This document shows, one piece after another, positions 36,601 through 48,264 of a DNA stretch of 64,000 nucleotides (its first letter is position 1; every line of letters begins with the position of its first letter). The notes below the pieces were generated by a model. The model worked only from the letters and a program-made list of their open reading frames with translations, made no database searches and was not told where the DNA came from. The translations under genes and the position numbers were made by a program. This DNA is from Pelomyxa schiedti (Eukaryota > Protista > Evosea). The DNA lies in the NCBI GenBank assembly GCA_020536535.1, contig JAHLWZ010000626.1:62312-126311 (forward strand). The letters run 5' to 3'.

Positions 36601-39600
36601 TGATATTCTTTTGAGGCAACGAGTGCCACAGCTCGGACTTCTGGGATCTCTGACTTTCGAGTGGGTTCTTGCGAACTTGGAGGTGTGATGGATCTCTTTT
36701 TTGTTTCTTTGGTGTTAGGTTGACAATGGGTTCAGGGTTGCAAAGGTGCTGTTGCTGGAAGAAGAAAATGGAACAAGACTCAACAACCCATCACGTGGTT
36801 CCACAAGTTATTCGCGGTATTGGACAACCTGAATTGCAAGACTTTAGTGACGTGCCAAGACGCCATCCTCCCGGCCAGTGATGGTTTTGTGTATTGCCCA
36901 GTACAAGCACAAGAAGAAGTGATTGAGTGCCCAACCTTTGAAAGTGATGAGGTATTTGTGAAAGGTTACAATTCTCAGTTTCTAACTCAATCTATCAGGT
37001 CCCGCAAATTTTGGACTGTTTGAGCTTTCCCATCATCTCTGTCACAAATGAAACATATTTGACGTTTTTACGAAGATGCAAGGTGCTTCAACCTTTCACG
37101 GTCAAAGGCCTGATTCACGCCATGGTGAAAAACAGAAGTCACCTGCTGTGGGTAAACATCACCAATGAACACGCTGGATATTTGCTCCAATACATCGAGT
37201 CGAACTTGCCGTTGGCTCCATCTTTAAAAACAGAGTTCATGAAAACCGATGAGCTGGGGTCTCTCCCTCTTTTCGTCTCTGCACAGACCGGACAACGTGC
37301 AGCCCTCAGACCCAACAACAGCAGTTGGCTCATTCCCCACGATTTCCCTCAGAGCCTTCTGCAAGTGTGTCCAAGAGATTTCCTTCGGGACGCTGTCATC
37401 CAACCAAATTCAGTGAGTCCCAAGTTGTTTCACTTGTTGGGAGTTCAAGGAACAAAGTGGTCAGAATTGATACAATCTCTGTGTTTTGTGCTTCACCCTT
37501 TGCCAGCTGATTTACTCTCTGACTGGCAAACTTTAATCCTTTCCCATGTATTCAATCTTCACCCCAATGTTGCTTCTGTCGCATTTGTGCCTTCAGATGC
37601 GGGAACTGTGGAAGCCCCAGCGAATTTGTTTTCCCCTGAGAATGACCTTTTCAAATTGGCTTTCAGAGGAACAGACAAACTTCCGCATCATGACAGTTAT
37701 AAAAAATGGAAACCTGTACTTGACAGGCTCACGCTTGCGCAATTCACACCAACCAGTGCTCCAATTGTGGCACAGGCTGTTGTCAACCTGGAGGATCTCA
37801 ACGCAAAGCGTGCTGGCTGTGTCTTGATTATGAAGGAAATCTGTTGTAACTCTCAAATGAAGGCAGTGTTCTCCAGCTTAGTGGGAATACAGTTTGTTCC
37901 GTGCCAATACCAGCTCCCACACAAAATACCGCTTCTAAAGCCCCTCTTAGAAACAAAGCCCCAAGGCATCATATTTTTATCTCCAAAGGAATGTGTCCGA
38001 TCAAACTGGTGTTGTTGGACACAGGTCCCTCAGAACCTTTATGATGACATTACCTATAGTTCATTTTTGCCTGAGTGCAAAATAAATGATGTTCTCCAAC
38101 ATGCAGTGACCCTTTCTCAGTTTGCACTTCAGGAGGGCCATGACCAAGCCACTCTCTCTCAGATAAACTCCGAGCTCCATTCTGTGGCAAATCATGTCCA
38201 TTCATTTTTGCAGTTCCAGAGGTACACAACATCCGGCACCTGGAGTGTGGCTTTTCTGGTTGAAACGAAATTCATTCCGTCATCCAAGGTTTTCTCACAA
38301 CTGAAAGAAGAGATTGATGGGTTCGCATATATACTCCCAGACGAGTTTATAAGTTTTTCTCATTTCTCTGCAATCATTGGTTTGCAGAGCCTGCCTTCAA
38401 TCAGTCAAGTATTCAACGAGCTGGAGACGTACAGGGAATCGTCACAATTTACTTGTGACGACAAACAAAAAATTTCGAAGCTCCTGAGTCTTTATGTTCA
38501 GTTACTTGGAAAACAAACTCCCAATGGGCGAGTTCTTGTTCCTGCAAACGAGTGGAGTTGCATGCTGAGGGCTCAAGACACTGTGTATTTCGACAAGGAG
38601 AGCTGGCATAACGTCATCAACCAATCCTTGGTTCCTCTTTGTTCTGTGCCTGTTGCTAAAGAAGTTGGATCTCAGCCGTTAAGCCAGTCAGTTAAAGAAG
38701 TCTCACATATTCATGGCACTTGTGCCAACGTGGCATTACAGGAAATCGTCACCTCCAGTGAGTTCTGCAAATCCCTTTGCGCAATACTGGATCACATGGA
38801 CTGCAGTAGACTTAAAGAGATTGTTAAACAAAAGCTATTGGAGTTGAAGTCTTGGGAATTCTTGTGGGTAGAGCACCTCGACACAAAATACTTATTCAAG
38901 GGCTCTGATGTTACTATCCCACTCACGTACATGGGAAATGCTTTCCCTAAATCGTATGTGTTTGACCAAACGGCGAGAAAGCTTATAACCACAAATGAGG
39001 ACCCAGGCACTTCCTTTTTAGCAAAGGAGTTTGCCGACTACCTCACATTGGCCTTTTCAGAGGCTCCTTATTTCATTTCCACCATGCTCCAAGCAAAAAC
39101 CAAGCATCACCTCCTGCAGACCATTTCCCAGCTTGGAATTACCGTGGGTGTGCACAACATGGCTCGAATAGGTGAGCCAGTTCTGAACTCAGAGCACACT
39201 TTTATACGCCCCTGCTTGTTTGGTATCAGTTTTGCTCAAGGGGAGGTGGTTACTTTTGTTGACGAAAAAGAGGAATGGAGGTATGGTGAGATTGTTACTT
39301 CATGTAAAACGGACAATCCCTTGCTGCAAATAAACCCACACAACCGTATCCCGCTTCACGCATCGCTCATTCTTCGTATGTGCCACCCTGAGTATTCCGT
39401 GCGCCAATGCCAACAGCCAGCAAACACAAAAGAAGTCCTGATGTGCACACATAGTCTCGTTGAGTCTCTCAGCACTATGACTTTCAACCGAACCTGCTTT
39501 GCACTGAACAGAATGAGTGATGTACTCAAAATATGTCGACAACAGGAACCAGAGAGACAAGATGTCGCCGACGCACTCCGCCTGATAGAAACACTGTACG

Positions 39601-39893
39601 AGCGCCTCCCATCACTTCTGAAGTCCTGCAAGATACACGCCGATCTTCTTCGGCTGGTCATTGGCTACCTCTACAAAGAAGATGCGCTTGCACTCGGCAA
39701 AACATGCAAGTGGATTTACAATGCCATATTCGCACCAGACTCACGCCTAAAAACACTGTACAACAGCCTCCAAGCAAGACCAAGGCCCCCGGTGCCCCCC
39801 ACCTATCATTCTCCCACAACCCCCACATATTTCCCTCCAATGTACCCCCGTCGCGGTGGTGGTTGCAGACACTGCCCAACACATTGCCCCTAG
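30664..39893 (+). CDS. Sacsin-like protein with two HSP90-like (GHKL) sacsin repeats and a C-terminal F-box-like motif
   Basis: Repeat 1: RIREILGQYP, ELLQNADDAGA, VFNNAQFT, KIGQFGIGFNSMYHLTD. Repeat 2: FGQHVDVV, EILQNADDAGA, AYNNAMF, KIGRYGVGFLSCFHVTD. Also GTVFKLPLR/GTVLRLPLR, CFLPL, FAQGEVV; tail IHADLLRLVIGYLYKEDALALGKTCKWIY. Confidence 0.9.
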
Positions 39894-39977
39894 TCAGAGG
39901 CTTGATTGTTGTCAACAACAAATTTTTCTGGTGCCTGATTTTTTCAATTGTCTTTAAATTAAGTTTTATGGTGAATA

Positions 39978-41559
39978 TTAATTGGTGCTGAATAGAACTA
40001 TGGTAAAGGCGCAAGTGATGTCTTTGGAACCAAGCCACACTCGGTGTTGTAACCCAAGGTGTGCCTCGTCAAGAGGAAGCATCACTGCCTGCGCCAATAC
40101 ACTTCTGAGGAGGTCCCAGTGTGCCACAGTGATTTTCGGGGGTACTACCATCGGAATGGCTGTTGCCGGGGATGCATTTCCTGGCCATAGAACAAGTGCC
40201 GATTTGGGGCTTGGGGACCACACCCAGCACAGTTGGTTTGTTCCACGGGTGGTGTGCTCCGTTATTGCCGCCTGGATTTGGTCAGTGATATCCGTCCATC
40301 CGGTCTCTGGGAGTGTGATTTCCACAGTCCACTGGCCCTAATAGGATGTAAGGAATTACAGCTAGGTAATTAATACATACAACGATGTCGGATGTTTCAA
40401 GTACGGTTACAACTGTCCGAGAATGGCCACAGCCCCATCCGCCACTATCTCTGTGCTCTACCAAGTAGACACCTTCTTGATCAAAACTGTGGGAAAGAGG
40501 GATAGACAAAGTTGGGCCCACAACAGCAGTTTTGGCATGAGCAGGCATATCATCGCTACCTTGTTTTGGAGTGTTAGAAGGAAGATGAAAAACCAATAAG
40601 AAAACTCCACGACGACATGCCTTCATAAGTGTGCTGAAAAAATTCGTCATTCCATTTTTCAGGTATTAACGCACTCAGGCTATTCTCCATTGCTCGGGAT
40701 GCAACTTCACTCATGATGGAAAGGGAAGCACTGGTATGCAGAATTTCAAGGTGGGCTATCCCGGAAAGTGGCTTGGGTGAACTCCAGTGATTTCTCAGCT
40801 TAGGGAATATGTTTAGAGCTCCTCTTGGGCTGCTAACCACATCACGCCAATGAAGGGAAGGACCAGAGAGCACGTGAAGAGTTGCAATGATCTCGATATC
40901 CCTGGCCGAACGGGCAAAGTTGCACACGTAAATTCCTTGCCAAGTCCCGTGATCTTTGGTATGCATCTTGAATAAAAAAAACGAGAGAAAGGTCTATCCA
41001 GCGGGACACACTCCATTCGCCGTTCAGCACAGGCAGAGACAAACTATGTCCAATCAGAGAGGCACTCGCACTGCCAGCAGAATCCCCACACCTCTGTGTC
41101 ACCTTATTCATAGCAGCATGCAAGTCAGTTCTCACTGTAGGGTCACAGTTCTCATTCAATGTCCTGAGTCCCCAATCAATTTATCGTCATCTAATACGCA
41201 AAGCCCAAACGTCCAACTCCAAAAAACCAAACATACAAAGCAGCACTTGGGGTGTCACAAAACAAGTGCAGAACCGCGGCGTTTGCTTTTCTCACGGCGG
41301 ATCGCGCTGCACCACCGCTGACAACGTCTTCCACTCCCACAAGTGCGCAAGACCCTCCCCCAACGCGCACGCTTGCTCGCCACCGCAAGAACGGCGACGA
41401 TGATCCTCCGGAAGACGATGTAGTTGCCGTAGTCGTGGCGCTCATGAGATCTGATGCAATCACCGGGTCGTACCACGATCTTGTTGTTGTATTTTGGCCG
41501 CTTGTGGCCGAGCAAAAGGTGCATAACACTAAGAGAATGGGGAGCAGATCTCCGGTCAT
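39978..41559 (-). CDS. Hypothetical secreted/membrane protein with N-terminal signal peptide
   Basis: MTGDLLPILLVLCTFCSATSG at 41559; successive coding-like exons (ORFs 40842-41159, 40574-40966, 40282-40650, 39978-40325) separated by GT-AG introns; no family recognised. Confidence 0.6.
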
Positions 41560-41627
41560 ACACTCCACCGACTCTTGGTAGTTGAAGAGGTTTTTCCTTT
41601 TCTTTGTTTCTTTTACCGAAGACTTCG

Positions 41628-43423
41628 ATGGGGACCCACGGTAATTGTGCCAAATTCCCCTTCGCCGGCAGACGTTGCAGGTTCGATGCATTGGCGCCGC
41701 AACCAAGTACAGCCCACAAGCCAGAGCCACCCCCGCCCTCGCCCTCGTCCTCCACGAGTCAAACTCCGACGCTCGCAACTACTACGAGTGGCCACAACAA
41801 CCAAGGGAGGCGCAGCCGCGCCGAGGCCCGCGCCGTGTCCCCCTACACCAAGCAACTCAGGGCCCTCTGCACCACCCCCACCCTCCGCACCCTAGCCTCC
41901 GCTTACAAGAAGCACCAGCACCAGCAGCAGCAGGCCCAGCCCCAGCCCCACTCCCGCTCCCGCTCCTCCTCGGCCAGCAACCCTGGCGCCGCGCCCTCCC
42001 CTGCCGATTCCCAGCCCACCTCCCTCTCCCCTTCGTCTCCCTCGTTCCCCGAGGCGTACTTGTGGGCGCAGGTGGCGGCGGAGGTGCGGTTCCTGGTGGC
42101 GTGCGGGGCGCGGGCGGACACGACGGCCACCAAGCCCGCGCTGCTGTGCGTCGTCGCGGCGGACGACTCCAAGGCGGGCCTCGCCGCGCTGCTGTGCGAG
42201 TGCTACGGCGCCGAGTACGTGCGCCGCGCCGCCACGCACTCGGGCCGGTGCACGGCGCTGCACGTCGCCGCCGCGTCGCGGTCGTGGGCGACGCTCAAGA
42301 TCCTGCTCAGCTGGGGCGCCGACGTCGGCGCGGTCAACAGGAAGATGCAGACCGCGCTGGACTTGGCGATCATGGGAGACTGGAGGGAGGGAGCGTGGGA
42401 GATGCTGTGCGCGACGCCTCCCACAATGATGGTTCCCGCGGATTACATGAGCGCATTTGTGTCGTGTACCGTGCGCCGCGACTCGAGATACAAGCACGCG
42501 ATGTGGGATTGGTTTTACGGGATCGCAAGGAAGTCCTGGTCACAGTCATTTAGCGAAATTCTGACTTTTTGTGGCTCATTCCACAGAAGACTTGGTATCC
42601 ATTATTATCCACTATGCTATTTTTTGGGGAAAATACTTTACTAGTAGAGAACGACTCTATGTGTTTTTTTATCTTTCTATTGAGGGGCTATTTCACACTC
42701 ACCACGAAACTATTAGGGTGCAGAAGCCCTGCTCGCAATTTGCCATCATTTCTGGTCGTTGAAATAGCTGATTTGTTGCTGGCGAATTCATGCCCAAGGA
42801 TTCCATCCCCAAAGCTGTTCAATTGGCTGAGAACCCAAGTAGAACTTGACAAGGGCTGCGCGGAAAACGTCGCGCGAATCCTTTATGCAGTCCGCGGCTA
42901 CCTGCTGAACAACGACCTAACGAACCAATCAGCTGAATCATACCTGAGACTAGTACTGAGCATATCTTCTCCCACATTCTCCTGTTTCAGACTTCAGACC
43001 TGCTGCACGCGTTGCTTCACTGCCTTGATTATGTGTATATACACGCGGTGTCACACGCCGCAGCACATCAACCTTATTGCGGAAATATTCCGCACCATGC
43101 TGTCAGATACTCATTCTGAGATTGTTACCCTTCCTCTTCTCGAGGAAATCGCACCGTTTGTCAACCCACAATGCTTCACCGCACCCCCGTGGGGGTTCCA
43201 TTACTGCAAGTCCGAGAACAGGCTGCACCTGTTTTCAGAACTCATTTTCGGTGCGCATGCCTTATCGGATGCAATGAAGTCACCAACCAAGCATGATCAA
43301 GCTGTGCAATTTGCACAAATGTGGCTCAATCCAACAACACCAAAAGAAATGCAGTCCAGGACAACTGAAAACCTCAGGGATTTGTTACGTAGGACTCTAG
43401 GGATCATTGTTCCGTGGTATTAG
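41628..43423 (+). CDS. Ankyrin-repeat protein with helical C-terminal region
   Basis: GRCTALHVAAASRSWATLKILLSWGADVGAVNRKMQTALDLA; continues in ORF 42569-43423; start codon uncertain. Confidence 0.8.
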
Positions 43424-43472
43424 TGGAGAACTGATTGAATTCCATCACTTTATTGAAGGTTTTTTTTTTGTT

Positions 43473-44980
43473 TTATCTGGAAGATATTTGGGCAAAAGCG
43501 CGTTGGGTGTACTTTTCAAGCATTATTCCAAGGTCCTTGACTGCCATAGTGCACACGACATCCCTCATGAAGTCGCTTATGACTCTGATGTGCTCCACAG
43601 AATGCAATGCTGGATTGCTGATCCACGCCACTAGGTAACAAAGGTTGAGTCAGAATACAAGTTATGTTCGGTATTACCAAGGAATTGGGACTCCTTAAAA
43701 ATACATTTCAGAGCAAAAACGTAGTCCTGAATCTCCCTGTTTAGAATTTAGCCGGAAGTACGTGTCATTCCCTTGTGAAACCTTGGTGTAGCTGAAACCA
43801 GCACCGCGGCACCTTTTATAATCATTGTTTTCATTCCTTTTTGTAATCTCTCCCATGTTTGTGTAGCCGAGACTGCTGGCTGCCCCGGAGGCTATGGTAA
43901 AGGTAAATGTTGAGGGTCCACAGTAAACAGGAGCATACATCAGCTTTTGTTTTTCCAGAAATACAACCGAGGTGTTGTGAAAGGGTGTTTTGAATCACAT
44001 CACAGCTGGCCGAAAATGTAGTTAATTCCTAGAGTTTTCGTTAGAGGGTTTGTTAATGTATGGGGAATCAACTTGAAAGACCATGTCATTGGGCTCAGGG
44101 CTTAGGAGCTGCAGACGTTGCAATGACTCAATCACTGGGTAGCAGGCAGCAAGTTTGGCTTGTACTGCGGTTAGTTTTACATCCCGCTGATTCCTTTGTA
44201 AAGTAAATAAACTTGTGATTTCTAGAAGGCAGCGAATAATCACCAAACTGTGCTTGGTATATACAACTTAGGTGTCAAAAACCCACCAGTGGTCATTGTT
44301 GTGAGAAGTGTTTTCATCATGTGAAAAGGTTTGACTAAGTCTTCACATGGTATCTCAGGAGGTGGCTATGGCACTACAGTAAGTTGCAAACAATCAAATT
44401 TCAGAGAAAGCACTTTTACGAAAGCAATCGGTTCAAAGGCAGCCGATTCTGGTGGTGGTTCAGGATGCCTGCATCACTTAAGTTATTGGGTGCAACAATA
44501 TAACAAAACCAAAAAAACCTCACTTGACAAGGATTGGGTTGGTTTGTTCAATGAGTTCCATTCTCCTCTGGTATGCTTGCATCTATGGTCTGATTTAGTT
44601 TTGAAAAAGTAGTCAATGCACAGTAGAAGTGGACCTTTGGCAGTAGGCAGCTAATATCAGGTGAACGAGCAAGCTCCTTGCTTAAAATATCCACAGCTTG
44701 CATGTAGTTTTGATGTGCAGTCAAGTAATCTTTTTTTTAACAGAACAAAAAAAAAAGGGTTAGGTTCTCCAGCATGAGAATACGCAAGCTGGGAAGTAGA
44801 TGCATATGAGTGTGCCCAGGACACACCAAGCTTTTCGTCCGCGGCGACGGCGGTTGTGGCGTACAACAGCGCCTGCTTCAACGTAGCCACCAGCACCATC
44901 GCATTTTTTCCAGTCGAAACAGATGACGACGTCGACGAAACAACCGACGGCGTCGAGGTGGGCACACCCGAGGCCATCAT
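43473..44980 (-). CDS. MIT domain protein with a conserved C-terminal domain of unknown function
   Basis: LKQALLYATTAVAADEK...YMQAVDIL (MIT-like); PPPEIPCEDLVKPFHMMKTLLTTMTTGG|..LYIPSTVW|NQRDVKLTAVQAKL; final exon ISDFMRDVVCTMAVKDLGIMLEKYTQRAFAQISSR*. Confidence 0.75.
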
Positions 44981-45140
44981 TATTCTGCTCCCAAAAACAA
45001 AAAAAAAATCACCCAGGCCACTCTCAGCCGCAGCGAAGATCTCGCGGCGCTTCGGCGAAGGAGAAGACGGTTCGTTCTGGGCGAATTCCTCTGTGTTCCT
45101 CACAGGCAGCACAGCAAACAAAAAAAAAATAGCAAGGAGG

Positions 45141-46001
45141 ATGGAGGTGCGCGTGGTTGCCTTTGTGGTTCTGATTGGTTGTGCAGTTGCACTTTCGCCA
45201 GAGGATGGCTATGTCTTCCCAGACAGGTACCAGGCCTTGGTCACTGGAGTTGTGGCTGATTTCTACTCACTGCACCAACCAATCCAAGCATGCTACTTTT
45301 CTTTTTTTTTTCCCTGTTACTGGGGAACTATAAGTTAATAAGCAAAAAGTCTACTGGGTGGATGTTTACGGACTACACTGAGGGAACAAAGCAAAGAATT
45401 GATGAAATATGGAACATCACAACCATTCTGCATACTCCTCTTTACACTATCAGTGGAATTACCGCCGATACACATCTGTTCTTTGATGATGTTGCCTATT
45501 TCTAGTGAGTAAATTGCCTTTTGTGACCCCTTTACGATTGCTACTCCCTAAAGTTATATAACAATGGGGTAATGCGGCTTATCTATGTTTGAATATACAG
45601 TTACAACACAGTCAATGGTTCGGTCTGCTCTGCCAGTATAAGTGGTAAAATTGGCCAATATGACTATGACTCTCCAGACTGCTTTCGTGGAGAACAAGTT
45701 CTTGATGGGCAGAACGTTGCTTCCCCATTCCCTCACTTTTTCTACAATATACAATTCACTTTTCTTTATCCCTCAGGTTTATGTCTATCAGAGTCTGAAC
45801 AACCAGACCCTTATATCACAACTCTATGTGTCCCAAATCACAGGAGCTCCTGTACTCCTGTCAGTCTTTGCTCCCACGGAGTACAACACACCCACCTCCC
45901 TCTTTGACTACAGCAATGTCTACTTCCTCACATTTGACTCAACCACCAAATCCTTCCCCAAGGACCTCTTTGCTATCCCTTCTTACTGCCCAGCTTCCTG
46001 A
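45141..46001 (+). CDS. Small secreted protein, candidate ependymin-related (EPDR/LolA-like fold)
   Basis: Signal peptide MEVRVVAFVVLIGCAVA; YVFPDRYQALV; two internal Cys; C-terminal F...FPKDLFAIPSYCP, like the F.xP..C end of EPDR proteins. Confidence 0.6.
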
Positions 46002-46134
46002 AACACCTCTTTCCAATAGAAATAGAAAATAAACCAGCGTCTTTCACAACTTGCCTAAAATCATCGATTTCGCCAATTCAAAACGTTAGTTGGGGGTTTT
46101 GGAGCTTTGGTGTTTGGCGACGAAAGAACCCCAA

Positions 46135-47538
46135 ATGGATCCCACAAGTGTTTCTTCCTCCATGTTTGGTGGCAGCAGTAGTAGCAGCAGTGATGGGAAA
46201 TGGAGGGAGGCGTCGCAGCTGGAGACCTATGTGTTGTCGATAACTTGCGGGACACTCTCAATTGTGGGATGCCTCATTGTGTTTGCCAGTTACGCCTTGT
46301 TCCCTGTGTGTACTTTTTTCCCCTTATGTTTCTGGAGTGTTTGAAGCCTTTTTTTTTTGTTGCCTTACTTAGGAGGATAGGAACAACGGACGAGACCAAG
46401 GTTTCTTATTTTAATGCTATCTTTTTGTGATTTTGGCCAGGTGTGCCACCATGCATTCTTAGGTTTCTTGGGTGGGACTTTGCTTAAATTTTAATAGGCA
46501 CTGTTTTTTTGCATTGTTGGTGACTTTCATGGAATTGGGTGCAGTATTTTGGCTGCCTATGGTACTCCCCACTTTTTTTTGACGACCCACACAAATATAA
46601 CATCGTTCATTGCCGCCTCCACACAACTGATTCTTCTTGAGGCATCTTTTTTGCTCTGACTACCTTTTTCTGGACTGTAATTCGCGTTCCTGGTATCCTT
46701 CCATGCCTAACACATTCATGCAGGCCTGTATTTCCTTGTACTCCTTTGCCATAGTTCGAGAAATGTATAACAAGATGGTGAATCACAAAGAGCCATCCAC
46801 CAAGCGGTACTCACTAATATGGTTTCACTTTGTTTCCTGGGGTTTACCTGCCCTTCTCACATTGGCTGCACTGCTTGCAGGAAAGTTGGAAACTGATCCT
46901 GAAGGATACTGGTGCTTCATTAGGTAATGAGCTTCAGCCAATTTGCCACTTTCACATATTATTTCCAGCTCGGAGTATGAGGTGTGGCGAACGGTAGTTT
47001 TTGTGGTTCCACTTCTAGGCTGTTGGTGTACTACTGTAACCTTTACTGTGATATCAAACTTTCTTGTTGTCAAAACAAAGAGATATATTTTCATCAATAA
47101 GGTACATCACAAGTTTCACACCTTTTTTTTACCAGTAACAATTAGGCAAGGCAAAGTGAAAAATCACGCTTAGTTGAACAGAGTACATGGTCCTGGCAAC
47201 TTAGAATGCTCCTTGTGCCAACAATTTTCTTTGTATGCAGAGTGTGGGATGTCATATACCGCATAGATGAAATTGTATGCCAATTTGAGGACAAAGAACC
47301 CCTTGGTGTATTTCAGGCATGGTGGTACACTGGATTAATTATTATTGGAGACTCCACTCAGGGCCTTGCCAACTGTCTTGTATTTGTAATATTTGAGAAA
47401 GAAACCATGGTGAGGTGGAGCTTCTGGATACGGGGACTATTCAGTAAAAGAAGACTCCAACCAGGATTGATTGAAAGTGATGGTGTTGCACTGGTTCCCG
47501 AACTTGTGGACCAAGATACACCAGTAAATAGCCATTGA
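46135..47538 (+). CDS. 7TM GPCR of the Dictyostelium cAMP-receptor-like / GCR1 family
   Basis: TM1 LSITCGTLSIVGCLIVFASY; FHFVSWGLPALLT; GYWCFI; VFVVPLL; LVPTIFFVCRVWDVIYRI; STQGLANCLVF. Confidence 0.85.
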
Positions 47539-47588
47539 TCTGGTCAATGGGTAAAAACAACAACAAAGTATTTCTAAACTCACAAAAT

Positions 47589-48175
47589 TTAAGTTGGCTG
47601 AACGTAGTAGCGTTGCATAAGGTGCAACTGCATGAAGGCACCACAGCCAATCAATATTCCAAATGCCAAAATAACTTGCACAATAATACGTGCAATAATA
47701 ACATTATCATACACCTGTTTAAACAAGAAAAACTTATTTCCAACTATATTGTAAAGGAATGAATGCTCACCTTGGTTTCATCACCTTGGAACCTGCGAGG
47801 TCCAAAAATAAAAAACAGCAAAAGCCCCACAAAAACGCAAACGCAAGTCCCCAACACAAGTCTATTCACAAACAACCAAAAATTGCCCAACAACAAAGTT
47901 AGCAAATACCCAGCACCCAATAGCAATAACACACTTTGTTTTGGATGGCACTGCAATTGATGCAGCTACAACAGCCACAACAGATAGACCAGCCACAATA
48001 ATCAATATCACTGTTCCAATTCCCAGCACTCCAACCCTAGCACCTTTGTCCCATTATTGCGTGAATGGCAGCAACGGCCCATACTGTTTGAATCCTCGTT
48101 GGTATCTGCTGCATCAATCGTCGATGCCAAAACCCAGACCAACAGCGGCACCAACGACACGCCAAAATTCCCCAT
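47589..48175 (-). CDS. TMEM218: TMEM218-like small membrane protein (ciliary transition zone), 138 aa with signal-peptide-like extension
   Basis: Exons 48175-48085, 48043-47935, 47861-47771, 47714-47589 splice in frame: ...GVLGIGTVILIIVAGLSVVAVVAASI...LLLFFIFGPRRFQGDETKVYDNVIIARIIVQVILAFGILIGCGAFMQLHLMQRYYVQPT*. Matches the remembered TMEM218 pattern VLGVG..FI / FPR / IVD....R / Y.KP. Confidence 0.75.
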
Positions 48176-48264
48176 CGCCCGTTTTTTTTTTGTTTGATGT
48201 TTTGTTTGTTTTTAAAGTCTGGCGTGGAGTATGGTGTGAATTTTGAATGGTTTGGTGTTGACAA

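Noticed and set aside
43370-43423. SOCS/BC-box at the ankyrin C-terminus (NLRDLLRRTL)
   Set aside because: Lacks the conserved Cys and the downstream cullin box; too weak to call.
43435-43638. Plus-strand ORF as a last ankyrin exon
   Set aside because: The minus strand carries the conserved final exon of the MIT protein (KDLGIMLEKY).
47941-48246. Plus-strand ORF MDGTAIDAATT...
   Set aside because: Antisense to the TMEM218-like exons, which splice in frame.
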